A stretch of DNA of 64,000 nt, filler included, from a candidate division TA06 bacterium SM23_40 (lineage in GTDB: Bacteria > LJUI01 > SM1-40): the NCBI GenBank assembly GCA_001303705.1. It is 5 parts of 5 records of this genome, joined end to end, with 100 filler letters (N's around TTAATTAATTAA, not from the genome) between each part and the next. Parts side by side here need not be neighbours in the genome. Positions count along the whole stretch, not along the records: positions 1 to 28,551 come from LJUI01000014.1; positions 28,652 to 37,851 come from LJUI01000099.1; 3 more parts are not named here. The stretch is one strand, 5' to 3'. The position numbers and the translations under genes were made by a program. Positions within the stretch are counted from its first letter, which is position 1. Every line of letters begins with the position of its first letter. Shown piece by piece: positions 22,665-32,248 of this stretch. The notes beneath the pieces are model-generated. The model worked only from the letters and a program-made list of their open reading frames with translations. It was not told where the DNA came from and did not search any database.

Positions 22665-22740
22665 GGGGCAGTAGCTCAGCTGGGAGAGCGCATCCCTCGC
22701 ACGGATGAGGCCGGCGGTTCGAATCCGCTCTGCTCCACCA
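22665..22740 (+). tRNA. tRNA-Ala(CGC)
   Basis: GGGGCAGTAGCTCAGCTGGGAGAGCG-CATCC CT CGC AC GGATG-...GGTTCGAATCC...TGCTCCACCA. Confidence 0.97.
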
Positions 22741-22846
22741 CTTCTCCGCATCTGGATCGTGCGGAAGACAGGGCCCGGCGTCGCCGCAGGGCCGGCCGAT
22801 GGGAGTTCGGCGGAGGCATGCTTGTGCGTTCGAGGAGGCACAATAG

Positions 22847-23569
22847 ATGGCGAAGAAATGGACCCGAGCTGAGGAACAATTTCTCGAAACGCACTACCGG
22901 GATCTGACTGATGAGGATCTGGCGGAACGACTGGGCGTTACTAAGCGGACGGTGGCGCTCAAACTGCGCAAGCTCGGTCTAGAGCGCAGCGAGAAGGCAT
23001 CGGATCGCGTCAAGGATGAGGACCTGACAGGGAAGCGCACGTTCATCCGGGGCAGCGACGAGGAAGTGGCAGAGCGCAGGGCCAGCGCAGTTCGGGCATT
23101 TGATGCTGCAAACCAGCTGATTGCCCAGGGGCGGAAGGCGAATGCGATCACGCGTCTCGAGCGGATGACTGCCCAATTCGGTGATGTGGTAGATGTCGTG
23201 CACCAGGCCCGCGTTCTTCTCGATATGTTGCGCAACCCCGATGAATATGTGGCATCCCATGAGGAGCGAGAAGAGATCGTCCTCCCGGGCGATACAGAGG
23301 CTGCGTGTGCGAAGTGCGGAAGTATCCTGATGGTATCGGAGGAGACGATCCGTGCCTGGTGTGATATCTGCGAGAGATACGTGGGCTTAGTCTCTCCTCT
23401 AGAAGTTCGGGAGGGTGGGCAGGGAGAAGGCGAGGAAGTCGAGTCGACAGAGAGCCGGGCGCCGAGGAAGGCGGGCGAGCGGCGTAAGCGAAGTCGGAAA
23501 CGGAAAGCAGCGGCGGGAGGCAAGAAGACCAAACGGCGTACAGGGAGCAAGAAGTCCGCGCGGAAATAG
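22847..23569 (+). CDS. Hypothetical DNA-binding protein: HTH, helical domain, C4 zinc ribbon and Lys/Arg-rich tail
   Basis: KWTRAEEQFL...LAERLGVTKRTVALKLRKLGL; CAKC...CDIC; RRKRSRKRKAAAGGKKTKRR; RBS GAGGAGG. Confidence 0.7.
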   Translation: MAKKWTRAEEQFLETHYRDLTDEDLAERLGVTKRTVALKLRKLGLERSEKASDRVKDEDLTGKRTFIRGSDEEVAERRASAVRAFDAANQLIAQGRKANAITRLERMTAQFGDVVDVVHQARVLLDMLRNPDEYVASHEEREEIVLPGDTEAACAKCGSILMVSEETIRAWCDICERYVGLVSPLEVREGGQGEGEEVESTESRAPRKAGERRKRSRKRKAAAGGKKTKRRTGSKKSARK

Positions 23570-23625
23570 CGCTGAGGTGCCGAGCCGAGACCATCTGGTA
23601 GGGTTCGCATCTCAGATGGATTGAT

Positions 23626-23900
23626 CCGGTCGTGCTAGACGGGGAGCTAGCGGTTCCCTCTGCCCGAAATCCGCTATAGCGGGGTCGAAAACCTGTCCGT
23701 GAGGTCGTCCATGTCTGCGGCTGTGGCCGGGCAAAGGATGTTGATCGTCGGGTCCTGTGAAGCGAGGTCCCGTGAACCCCGTCAGGACCGGAAGGTAGCA
23801 GCGGTAAGCGGATTCCTTCGTCTGTCGCGGGGTCGCCTGGCGGGAGTTCTTTCCCCGGATTCTTCCCTGGCATGGCGATCGAAGGACAGGGCACGGCCGG
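23626..23900 (+). ncRNA. ffs: Signal recognition particle RNA, large (Alu-domain) type
   Basis: 5' GTCGTGCTAGACGGGGAGCTAGCGGTTCCCT resembles the Bacillus scRNA Alu domain; S domain CCGTCAGGACCGGAAGGTAGCAGCGG; closing helix ccggtcgtgc/gcacggccgg; lies upstream of dnaX. Confidence 0.93.
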
Positions 23901-23924
23901 GTTGATTCTCTCTTCCCGAGGGAG

Positions 23925-25607
23925 ATGACCGAGATGTCGTATGTGGTGTTGGCGAGGCGGTGGCGTCCGCAGCGGTTCGAGGATATCGTCGCGCAGGATC
24001 ACGTGACCGTTACCCTGAGGAATGCTATTCGGGCCGGGCGCATTGCACATGCCTACCTGTTCACCGGACCGCGCGGCATCGGAAAGACTACTACTGCTCG
24101 CATTCTGGCGAAGTCCCTCAACTGTCAGCGGCGCGATGGCGTCGAGCCGTGCGATGATTGTCCGTCCTGTGCCGAGGTCGTCAGTTCGAGCAGCATGGAT
24201 GTATTGGAGATCGATGGGGCATCCAATCGCGGGATCGATGAGATCCGCAACCTGAGGGAGAACGTCAAATACGCTCCTGCTCGCGGTCCATACAAGGTCT
24301 ACATCATTGACGAAGTACACATGCTTACGGCAGAGGCATTCAACGCGCTTCTCAAGACCCTGGAGGAGCCACCAAAGCATGTGGTTTTCATCTTCGCCAC
24401 GACGCAGCCTCACCGAGTACCCGCAACGATCCTCTCTCGCTGTCAGCGATTCGACTTCAGGAAGATACCGCCGGACAAGATTACCGCTCGACTCCGTGGT
24501 ATCATCGAACAGGAGAAGATGAGTGTCGATTCGGATGTACTCCCCGTCCTCGCCGAGAAGGCCGATGGCAGCCTGCGGGACGCCGAGAGTATGCTCGATC
24601 AGCTCGTCTCCTTCGGGGGGGAGCCGATAACGGCGGAGGATGCGCGCACAGTACTCGGTCTCGTCGATGAGCACCTGTACGCTGACCTCATGGAGCATCT
24701 CATCGCCGGTGACGCGAAGGGCGCGCTGGAGGTAGTGGCTGAGGTTGATGAGCGGGGATACGATATCATTGAGTTCGTCCGCGGGCTTCTCAACCATCTT
24801 CGGTCACTCCTGCTGGAACGGCTGGGCGTCGGAGCGGCCGGCGAGGATGCCCCGGCCGGGAAGGAGATAGAGCCCCAGGACATCCTCCGGATGATGCGCG
24901 CCCTGTCGGTGCTCGAAGGCTCAATGCGCCGCAGCTCACAGCCGCGCATCCTGCTGGAGACCGAGTTGGTGCGTCTCGCGAGTCTCGATTCGAGCGTCCG
25001 ACTGAATGATCTTCTCTCCCGGCTGGCCGGGATGGAGAAGCGTCTTATGGAGGAATGGCACGCTCCAGAGGAGGAGGCCGGGGTGTCTGAAGGCGACAGG
25101 CCATCGACCAGTTCTGCTCCTCTCGCCGAGAGCGAGGAGCCCCAGGACGAGACAGACCGATCTGCCGAATCGGCCCTGTCGAACCGCATCTCCGAGGCCG
25201 TGACGCTGGAACGGATAGAACGCATCTGGGAGAAGCTCGTGGAAAAAGTCAAGCGACGCAAGATCTCGCTCGGTACCTTTCTCGCTGAGGGTGAGCCCGC
25301 TGAGCTGGTGAACGGGTCGCTGGTACTCGCGTTCTATGGCAAGAACAGGTTCCACAGAGAACAGGTGGCTGACATTGCCCACCGCCAGCTCATCCAGGAG
25401 GAGCTGGAGAAGCTCGTGGGCGAACCACTCAAGATCTCCTGCTGTGTCCGGTCGAGACGAGGGGGGCAGACCGGGAGTCACTCCTCGGAAGACGGATCCG
25501 ACGGCGGGGCTCGGGCAGGTCGGGCGAAGAAGAAGGAAACGGAACTCCTCAAGCATCCGATGGTCAGACACATTATCGATCTCTTCGATGGGGAAATCGT
25601 CGGCTGA
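23925..25607 (+). CDS. dnaX: DNA polymerase III subunit gamma/tau
   Basis: LARRWRPQRF, GPRGIGKTT, EIDGASNRG, IDEVHML, TILSRCQ. Confidence 0.97.
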   Translation: MTEMSYVVLARRWRPQRFEDIVAQDHVTVTLRNAIRAGRIAHAYLFTGPRGIGKTTTARILAKSLNCQRRDGVEPCDDCPSCAEVVSSSSMDVLEIDGASNRGIDEIRNLRENVKYAPARGPYKVYIIDEVHMLTAEAFNALLKTLEEPPKHVVFIFATTQPHRVPATILSRCQRFDFRKIPPDKITARLRGIIEQEKMSVDSDVLPVLAEKADGSLRDAESMLDQLVSFGGEPITAEDARTVLGLVDEHLYADLMEHLIAGDAKGALEVVAEVDERGYDIIEFVRGLLNHLRSLLLERLGVGAAGEDAPAGKEIEPQDILRMMRALSVLEGSMRRSSQPRILLETELVRLASLDSSVRLNDLLSRLAGMEKRLMEEWHAPEEEAGVSEGDRPSTSSAPLAESEEPQDETDRSAESALSNRISEAVTLERIERIWEKLVEKVKRRKISLGTFLAEGEPAELVNGSLVLAFYGKNRFHREQVADIAHRQLIQEELEKLVGEPLKISCCVRSRRGGQTGSHSSEDGSDGGARAGRAKKKETELLKHPMVRHIIDLFDGEIVG

Positions 25608-25706
25608 GCTGTGCGCGCCCTCCGAGAGGTGCGAGAGCTCTGTTCGCTAGTGAGCATGGTGAGAACAGCTGGAGCGCATCGATTCGATGCAGATGAGGAC
25701 GCGTCT

Positions 25707-26018
25707 ATGAAGGGGATTGGCAATATCATGAAGCAGGCGCAGCAGATCCAGGCGAAGCTTGCTGAGGTGCAAGAAGACCTGGCGAAGAAGCGCGTCGAGG
25801 CCAGCGCCGGTGGCGGGATGGTGACCGTGGTGGCGGACGGACAACAGAACATCGTCGAAGTGAAGATAGATCGCGAGGTCGTGGATCCAGGAGATGTCGA
25901 GATGCTACAGGACCTCATCGTTGCCGCGGTGAATGAGGCCCGCAGGAAAGCTCAGGAACTGGCAGCAGAGGAGATGCGCAGGCTGACCGGCGGGCTGTCG
26001 ATCCCAGGATTGCTCTAA
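25707..26018 (+). CDS. ybaB: YbaB/EbfC nucleoid-associated protein
   Basis: MKQAQQIQ...SAGGGMVTV...[16 protein letters not shown]. Confidence 0.95.
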   Translation: MKGIGNIMKQAQQIQAKLAEVQEDLAKKRVEASAGGGMVTVVADGQQNIVEVKIDREVVDPGDVEMLQDLIVAAVNEARRKAQELAAEEMRRLTGGLSIPGLL

Positions 26019-26022
26019 TCAG

Positions 26023-26622
26023 ATGATGCTCGGGCCACCTTCACTTACGCGACTGGCAGAATGTCTTGTGAGGCTGCCAGGGATCGGAAAGAAGACCGCC
26101 GAACGGCTCGCTCTCTACGTCTTCAAGATGTCAGAGGAGGAGGCTACGGCGCTCGCGGAGGCAGTCGTCGATGTGAAGCGGCGCACAAGGCTCTGCTCGG
26201 TCTGCTGCAATGTGACCGAGGAGGATCCCTGCCCCATCTGTGCGGATGATACTCGTGACGCTTCGCTGTTGTGCGTCGTTGAGCAGCCGGGCGATGTGAT
26301 CGCGCTCGAGAGGACGGGGCAGTTCAAGGGGCGATATCATGTTCTCCAGGGGGCGCTTTCCCCTCTGGATGGGGTGGGTCCCGAGCAGCTCAGAGTGACT
26401 GAATTCATGTCGAGGCTCAAGGGGAGCGAGATCGCCGAGGTAGTTCTGGCCACGAACCCCAATGTAGAGGGAGAGGCAACGGCCCTCTATCTGATGAAAC
26501 TGATTAAACCTCTGGGGATTATGGTGACGAGGATCGCTCGCGGCATTCCCGTAGGGAGCGATCTCGATTTCGCGGATGAGGTGACGCTCGCCAGAGCGTT
26601 GGAAGGGCGGCAGAAGGTGTGA
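26023..26622 (+). CDS. recR: Recombination mediator RecR
   Basis: LPGIGKKTAERLA, C4 zinc finger, YHVLQG, ATNPNVEGEATA. Confidence 0.97.
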   Translation: MMLGPPSLTRLAECLVRLPGIGKKTAERLALYVFKMSEEEATALAEAVVDVKRRTRLCSVCCNVTEEDPCPICADDTRDASLLCVVEQPGDVIALERTGQFKGRYHVLQGALSPLDGVGPEQLRVTEFMSRLKGSEIAEVVLATNPNVEGEATALYLMKLIKPLGIMVTRIARGIPVGSDLDFADEVTLARALEGRQKV

Positions 26623-26637
26623 CGCGGGTTTTCTGCC

Positions 26638-26666
26638 TTGACGAAGGCTCCGGTATAGACTATGAT
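26638..26666 (+). promoter_or_regulatory. Putative sigma70 promoter for mglB-mglA
   Basis: TTGACG-N17-TATGAT. Confidence 0.6.
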
Positions 26667-26736
26667 TTGGTGGGTTCGGACTGGAGGTTATTCGTGGGGC
26701 GTGGGAGGATTGTCAGAGCGGAGGTGAGCACGGCTC

Positions 26737-27228
26737 ATGTTCGACAATCTGAACATCTTCGAAGAAGACTTCTGGGCCATCAACGAGACGCTCAGCGGTC
26801 TTCTGACGAGCGCTAATGTCCTGACTGCGCTGTTGATAGACCGGGCGGGCCAGCTCATTACGAGCGCCGGAGATACTTCGAAGATCGATATGGCTTCCTT
26901 CGCTTCCCTCTCGGCCGCGGACTACGCCGCCACCAGTCAGCTGGCCACACTGATCGGCGAGAGAGAGTTCAAGACCCTCTTTCATCAAGGGGAGGCCGAG
27001 AACATCTATGTCTCGCTCGTAGGAACCAGGGTGATCCTGGTGGTCATCTTCGACAAGCGGAGTACCCTGGGGCTTGTCAAGCTTCGTGTGGGGCAGGTAG
27101 CAAGAGAGTTGTCATCAGTCTTCGAGAAGATCTTCACTAAGCTCGAACGGCCGACCCGTGCCACCGCTGGGATCGACGCTGACTTTGCGTCCGAGGCCGG
27201 GAGTGTCCTCGACGATATCTTTGGGTAG
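26737..27228 (+). CDS. mglB: Roadblock/LC7 protein MglB (GTPase-activating protein)
   Basis: LIDRAGQLI...[18 protein letters not shown]...[13 protein letters not shown]; directly upstream of mglA. Confidence 0.9.
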   Translation: MFDNLNIFEEDFWAINETLSGLLTSANVLTALLIDRAGQLITSAGDTSKIDMASFASLSAADYAATSQLATLIGEREFKTLFHQGEAENIYVSLVGTRVILVVIFDKRSTLGLVKLRVGQVARELSSVFEKIFTKLERPTRATAGIDADFASEAGSVLDDIFG

Positions 27229-27263
27229 GACGACATCGCTGGGTAAGAGGGAGCCCACGAAAC

Positions 27264-27845
27264 GTGTCTCTCATCAACTACGCTTCCCGTGAGATCAACT
27301 GCAAGATCGTATACTACGGCCCAGGCCTGGGTGGGAAGACTACCAATCTGCGCTTCATCTTCTCCAAGATAGATCCCGATACGAGGGGTAAGCTCATCTC
27401 CCTGGCCACTGAGCTCGACAGGACGCTCTTCTTCGATTTCCTCCCTCTCAACCTCGGCACGATTAAGGGATTCGGGACCCGCTTCCACCTGTACACTGTG
27501 CCGGGCCAGGTCTACTACAATGCCAGTCGCCGACTCATATTGAAGGGCGTTGACGGGATTATCTTCGTTAGCGATTCCCAGGTTGAGCGTCTGGAAGACA
27601 ACGTCGACAGCCTTCAAAACCTGCATGAGAACCTGGCAGAGCACGGGCTGTCGCTGGCCAGCATCCCGTTTGTCATCCAGTACAATAAGCGGGATCTGCC
27701 GAATATCGCTTCTGTCGAGGAACTCCAGAAGCTTCTCAATCCCAACAACAGCACGCCCTACTTCGAAGCAGTGGCCACTCAGGGAGTGGGAGTCTTCGCA
27801 TCGCTAAAAGAAGTCTCCAAACGGGTGCTCACCGCTCTCTCCTAG
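27264..27845 (+). CDS. mglA: Small Ras-like GTPase MglA
   Basis: [49 protein letters not shown]. Confidence 0.96.
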   Translation: MSLINYASREINCKIVYYGPGLGGKTTNLRFIFSKIDPDTRGKLISLATELDRTLFFDFLPLNLGTIKGFGTRFHLYTVPGQVYYNASRRLILKGVDGIIFVSDSQVERLEDNVDSLQNLHENLAEHGLSLASIPFVIQYNKRDLPNIASVEELQKLLNPNNSTPYFEAVATQGVGVFASLKEVSKRVLTALS

Positions 27846-27897
27846 GCCATCTGGGTCCCCCGCGTCACGTGGTCTCCAGTCCAGGAAAGGTGCCTCG

Positions 27898-28359
27898 GTG
27901 CTGCGGATCGCAAAGGTTCTGGCGAGTGGTCTATTCTGTGGATATGCACCGATCGCGCCCGCGACTGTCGCTACGGCAGCGGTGGCGATTATCTATTTCG
28001 CAGTCATCTATTTTTCGATCCCTGTCCCGGGCGTCCAGTACCAGCTCGTCGGGATCGCTCTTCTCTTCTTCCTGGGAGTATGGCTCTCATCCCTGCTCGA
28101 GCCGGTCTGGGGCACCGACTCGCGCCTGATCGTCATAGACGAGGTCGTCGGGTTCCTCGTCGCGATGTCGCTCGTGCCCAAATCGATCCTCACGCTCTTG
28201 GTCGGGTTTATTCTGTTCCGATTGTTTGATATACTGAAGCCTCCCCCCATCCGGCAGACACAGCGTCTGCCAGGGGGATGGGGCGTGATGATCGATGATC
28301 TGATCGCCGGCGTATGTACGAATCTCTGTCTGAGGCTGCTGCTACTGGTGAAGGGCTGA
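27898..28359 (+). CDS. pgpA: Phosphatidylglycerophosphatase A
   Basis: GYAPIAPAT, IVIDEVVG, FRLFDILKP, GVMIDDLIAG. Confidence 0.92.
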   Translation: MLRIAKVLASGLFCGYAPIAPATVATAAVAIIYFAVIYFSIPVPGVQYQLVGIALLFFLGVWLSSLLEPVWGTDSRLIVIDEVVGFLVAMSLVPKSILTLLVGFILFRLFDILKPPPIRQTQRLPGGWGVMIDDLIAGVCTNLCLRLLLLVKG

Positions 28360-28421
28360 ATGGGGTGGGGGCGAATGGAGTGGGCCTCGGAAGCGGTTCG
28401 ATGTGGGGAGGGAGCGACTCC

Positions 28422-28551
28422 GTGAAGGCCGAGCTCGTGACGATTGGAGACGAGCTGCTGCTGGGCTCGACGGCCGACACTAACTGTCTCTATATTGGCC
28501 GCCGGCTGGCGGACTTCGGGGTTCGGCTCGTTCGTCGCACGTCGGTGGGCG
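28422..28551 (+). CDS. cinA: CinA/molybdopterin-binding domain protein, N-terminal fragment (contig end)
   Basis: MKAELVTIGDELLLGSTADTN; pgpA-cinA synteny. Confidence 0.8.
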
Positions 28552-28651
28552 NNNNNNNNNNNNNNNNNNNNNNNNNNNNNNNNNNNNNNNNNNNNTTAAT
28601 TAATTAANNNNNNNNNNNNNNNNNNNNNNNNNNNNNNNNNNNNNNNNNNNN
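28552..28651. other. Artificial contig linker
   Basis: N44-TTAATTAATTAA-N44; the genes on both sides are truncated. Confidence 0.97.
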
Positions 28652-28723
28652 AGCGGAGGCGGCGGGTTCGGAGGGTTCGGCGGAGGGGCGAGCGGCGGAG
28701 GGGGCGCAACCGGGGGCTGGTAG
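28652..28723 (+). CDS. C-terminal Gly-rich tail of a TPM-domain (YgcG-like) protein, fragment
   Basis: SGGGGFGGFGGGASGGGGATGGW*; adjacent to lemA. Confidence 0.8.
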   Translation, partial: SGGGGFGGFGGGASGGGGATGGW

Positions 28724-28771
28724 CGGCGCAACGCCGAATGCCCCGGTAATAACACGACATGGAGGTCCAGT

Positions 28772-29338
28772 ATGGCGAAAGGCGTTGTTGTAGTCATTCT
28801 GTTGATCGCGATCGTCCTCGTGGGCATCAGCTGGTACATCTCCGGGCTCAACAGGGTGGTCAGGCTCGACGAGGATGTGAGTGCGGCCTGGGCCCAGGTG
28901 GAGAATCAGCTCCAGCGCCGGAATGATCTGGTTCCCAATCTGGTTAACACCGTTAAGGGGTACGCGGCACACGAAGAGGAGCTGTTCACTGAGGTGACGC
29001 GGCTCAGGAGTCAGTGGGCGCAGGCGGCGACCAGGGGGGAGCGCATTGAAGCTGCGCAGGGTCTGGGAGGTGTGATCTCGAGGCTGCTCCTCGTGGCCGA
29101 GAACTATCCTGAACTGAAGGCGAACCAGAATTTCCTTACGCTGCAGGCCCAGTTGGAGGGGACCGAGAACCGGATTGCCACAGAGCGTATGCGCTACAAC
29201 CAGGCGGTGCGCACGTTCAATGCCTACATTCGTACGGTCTGGGGCAGTTTCTTCGCGGCGCGCCGCGGCCTGACCGAGCCGGCTCCTTATTTCGAGGCCG
29301 AAGAGGGGGCAACAGCGGTGCCGAGGGTCGAATTCTAG
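28772..29338 (+). CDS. lemA: LemA family protein
   Basis: AWAQVENQLQRRNDLVPNLV, ENYPELKANQNF, LEGTENRI. Confidence 0.95.
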   Translation: MAKGVVVVILLIAIVLVGISWYISGLNRVVRLDEDVSAAWAQVENQLQRRNDLVPNLVNTVKGYAAHEEELFTEVTRLRSQWAQAATRGERIEAAQGLGGVISRLLLVAENYPELKANQNFLTLQAQLEGTENRIATERMRYNQAVRTFNAYIRTVWGSFFAARRGLTEPAPYFEAEEGATAVPRVEF

Positions 29339-29362
29339 GTCAGTTTCGTTGAATAGGCCAGG

Positions 29363-32248
29363 ATGAGGGGCGTGCGCCCGATCGAGCACATGGACGATCC
29401 TCTTCTCAGGACAGTGGTCGAGGAGATCCTTCCGCCGGTACTCCGCGCCCGGCTCTCGAGGGAGGGTGGCGGTTCTGTCGACTGTATGTACACCGCAGCA
29501 CTAGCAGACGTCTACCGTCTGCTTTTTGCTATTCTCGCGAGCTCGCGGTTGCCACGTACCGCTGTTGTGGACCTGCTCCCCGGCGGGATCGACCGATGGG
29601 ATCCGGGATCGATCTCAGGCCCTGTGGGCCGCGTCGCCGGGAGCCGCACAGGCCGGGTCTCCTCGAGAGCAACCTGCAAGGATGAGAATGCCGACTCGGG
29701 TGGCGAGCCGGAGGTCGGCCGCGGAGGACCCGAGGCGGATACGGCCATCCAGACGCTCCTGCAGGCGGTTGCCCTCCATCTATCGGCGCCGAGTGAGTTC
29801 GCGGGCGCGCCGCCGTGGGGACGCCTGCACGAACGCCTGCGGGAGTGGGAAGTGCGGATGGTGGAGCCGCAGCATGGAGGGCCGGACACAGCCGCTCGTT
29901 CCCGCACCCGGGCTCGAGTTCCGGTCATACCCGGGATCGAGATCGTCCGTCAGTCGAGGCGGCGGCATCGAGATGGGTGCTACTCTACGCCTGCGCCGGT
30001 CGTGCGGTGGATAGTCGAACAGACGGTTGGGCCGGCGTTTGATGAGAGAAGAGATGCGTTCTTGCGGTTGATTCAGAGGCGCGATCGAGCCGGCGCGCGC
30101 CGGCCGAGAGTCCACGGACGTGCCAAGAGTCAGGTTCCCGAGCGAGAGGCGCGGCGCCTGGAGGATGCAGGCATCCGCGTCCTCTTCTCCCTATCCATCT
30201 GCGATCCGGCGATGGGCGATGGTCGCTTTCTCGTGGAGGCATCACGCTACCTGGCGGATCGGATCGTCGGGCTCATCGTGCAGTGTGAAGACCAGCGGAT
30301 GGAGGAGGCTGTGCGTCAACTCTGGTCGCGCCACACAGGGGATGCGGCTCCCTGGAGTCAGGGGTGGCGTGAGGAGCGAAGGTGCGCCGTGCCCGATCTC
30401 AGACACATGGTGCGGCATCTGGTCATCGAGCGATGTCTCTTCGGCATCGACATCGATCCTGCGGCAGTGACGCTCGCCGAACGGGCGCTCTGGCTTGAGA
30501 CGATGTCCGGGGGACCACCTCTGCCGATCGTGGGACCACACCTGTGCTGCGGCGATGCGCTGCTGGGGGCGCGCCTGAGCAGGGGAGAGCTTGCCCGGGA
30601 GCAGGGGAAGGCTCGGGATGCGTTGCGTCGATCGGCCCTCGATGGAGCGGTCGCCCGATGCATCGGTCAGGACGTACGGGACCGGTCCATTGATACGTCC
30701 TTCTTCCATTGGGAGCTCGAGTTCCCCGAAGTCTTCGGTCCAGCGGCACCCGAGGGAGGTTTCCCCTGGACAGGTGCTGTGGGGTTCGATTGCGTGGTGG
30801 GGAATCCACCGTTCGAGTCGTGTGATACCCTGGCGAGGGCTCGGCCGGAGCTGGCAAGGGCATACAAGCGGCTCTACCCGGAAGTCGTCTCGCCGGGGAG
30901 CAAGCCAGATATCTATTTCTTCTTTCTCGCCCGGGCCATGGAGGCGGTCCGTCCCGGAGGTCTCATCGGATTGGTGATGCCGAACCGCGTTCTCGCAGCG
31001 GATGCGGCCGGCAGACTCAGGAGGGCGATTCTGTCCAATCGGATTGTGGCGGTGCGGGGTCTCGACGCCAGGCACACCTTCCCTGATGCAGATGTCCCGC
31101 CGATCGCTCTCGTGCTCCGTCGGGGACCCCCAGGCGACAATGCCGAATATGTAACGATTACAGACTGTGGCGGTGCGGCAGTCTGCATGTCTGAAGGGCG
31201 CCCCCGTGCTGCATCATCAGAGGACGCGACCCGCATTCCGCAGCGGATAGCGGCAGAACTCGGCCTCGTCGTGACCGGACTCGATGAGGTTGGCCTGCAA
31301 TTGGTGACGCGGGTGCGGGAGGGGAGAAGCGGATTCGGCCGCGCCGGAGAGATCATGCGCGTCAGAGAAGGGCTGCGCGGCGAGATCTTAAATCACGAGG
31401 CGTACGTAGAACTTCCGGCTTCGCGCCGAAACGACTATCTTCCCCTGTTTCGAGGCTCGCAGATCGACCGATATATCTACCACGGGCCGTCGGGATACTA
31501 CCGGTGGCCCCGCGAATCCAGGGTCCATGCGGACCAACCGGGTCGGGCAACAAACAGGACCCGGCAGCTGGAGCCGAAGGTGGCGATTGCCGAGCTTGGC
31601 GAGCGCATCGAGTGCTGCCGGGCGGACGATGTCGCCTATGGCGGAGTCTACTTCGTGGCCGTCTCTGATCTCGCTGGACCCATGGGCCTCGACCTCGTCT
31701 GCGCTCTCCTCAACTCGGCGCTCATGTCCGCGCTGTACCGGATGCTCTACGGCGCGACCGCGTGGCATGGGTCGCTCAAATTCCGCTCGCGCTCATTGGA
31801 ACGCCTCCCGGTCCCCCGGCTCGCGAGTGATACCAGCGTTCCTCCACCACGGGAAGTGGCGGCGCTCAGGGACCTGGCCCGGCACAGTGCGGAGCACAAC
31901 GATTCGAGCTCATTGTTGAAACTCCGCGGGGAGGTGGCACGCCGCCCGGGATCCCTGATCGTTCTGCTCGATGACCTCGGGAGACAGATGAGGGAGTTGG
32001 GTGAGAGAGTCCGAACAGAGGCGCAGGAAACCGGCCGGAGAGCGGGCCGCCGGCGGAGGGACGCCAGGGGGAGCCGGGACACCAACAGAATACCCACCGA
32101 TGGAGGGCTCCGCCAAGTCGCTGCACAAATGAAAAACCTCGACAAAACCATCGACCAGCTCATCTACGCCTGGTACGGCCTCTCTCCCCGCGAAGTCCAC
32201 CTCGTCGCCCACACAATCCGGGGACGAACAATCCGGGGACGTTGGTAG
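29363..32248 (+). CDS. Large N6-adenine DNA methyltransferase, Eco57I/Type IIG-like, apparently lacking the nuclease domain
   Basis: YRLLF, GCYSTP, DPAMGDGRFL, LFGIDID, FFHWELEFPEVF, GFDCVVGNPPF, DIYFFF, ALLNS, IDQLIYAWYGL. Confidence 0.8.
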   Translation: MRGVRPIEHMDDPLLRTVVEEILPPVLRARLSREGGGSVDCMYTAALADVYRLLFAILASSRLPRTAVVDLLPGGIDRWDPGSISGPVGRVAGSRTGRVSSRATCKDENADSGGEPEVGRGGPEADTAIQTLLQAVALHLSAPSEFAGAPPWGRLHERLREWEVRMVEPQHGGPDTAARSRTRARVPVIPGIEIVRQSRRRHRDGCYSTPAPVVRWIVEQTVGPAFDERRDAFLRLIQRRDRAGARRPRVHGRAKSQVPEREARRLEDAGIRVLFSLSICDPAMGDGRFLVEASRYLADRIVGLIVQCEDQRMEEAVRQLWSRHTGDAAPWSQGWREERRCAVPDLRHMVRHLVIERCLFGIDIDPAAVTLAERALWLETMSGGPPLPIVGPHLCCGDALLGARLSRGELAREQGKARDALRRSALDGAVARCIGQDVRDRSIDTSFFHWELEFPEVFGPAAPEGGFPWTGAVGFDCVVGNPPFESCDTLARARPELARAYKRLYPEVVSPGSKPDIYFFFLARAMEAVRPGGLIGLVMPNRVLAADAAGRLRRAILSNRIVAVRGLDARHTFPDADVPPIALVLRRGPPGDNAEYVTITDCGGAAVCMSEGRPRAASSEDATRIPQRIAAELGLVVTGLDEVGLQLVTRVREGRSGFGRAGEIMRVREGLRGEILNHEAYVELPASRRNDYLPLFRGSQIDRYIYHGPSGYYRWPRESRVHADQPGRATNRTRQLEPKVAIAELGERIECCRADDVAYGGVYFVAVSDLAGPMGLDLVCALLNSALMSALYRMLYGATAWHGSLKFRSRSLERLPVPRLASDTSVPPPREVAALRDLARHSAEHNDSSSLLKLRGEVARRPGSLIVLLDDLGRQMRELGERVRTEAQETGRRAGRRRRDARGSRDTNRIPTDGGLRQVAAQMKNLDKTIDQLIYAWYGLSPREVHLVAHTIRGRTIRGRW

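Noticed and set aside
23148-24797. Long antisense ORFs (also 34315..35541, 38612..39967, 9236..10339, 59648..60949, 3227..4285)
   Set aside because: They are shadow frames opposite well-supported genes in GC-rich DNA and have no recognisable motifs.
25240-25250. dnaX programmed -1 frameshift site
   Set aside because: The sequence is GGAAAAAG, one A short of the A AAA AAG slippery heptamer, and no stimulatory elements were recognised.
28552-28651. TTAATTAATTAA palindrome and ORFs ending in X...LIN; gene adjacency across the gaps
   Set aside because: This is a synthetic six-frame-stop linker repeated four times, so neighbourhoods across it are not biological.
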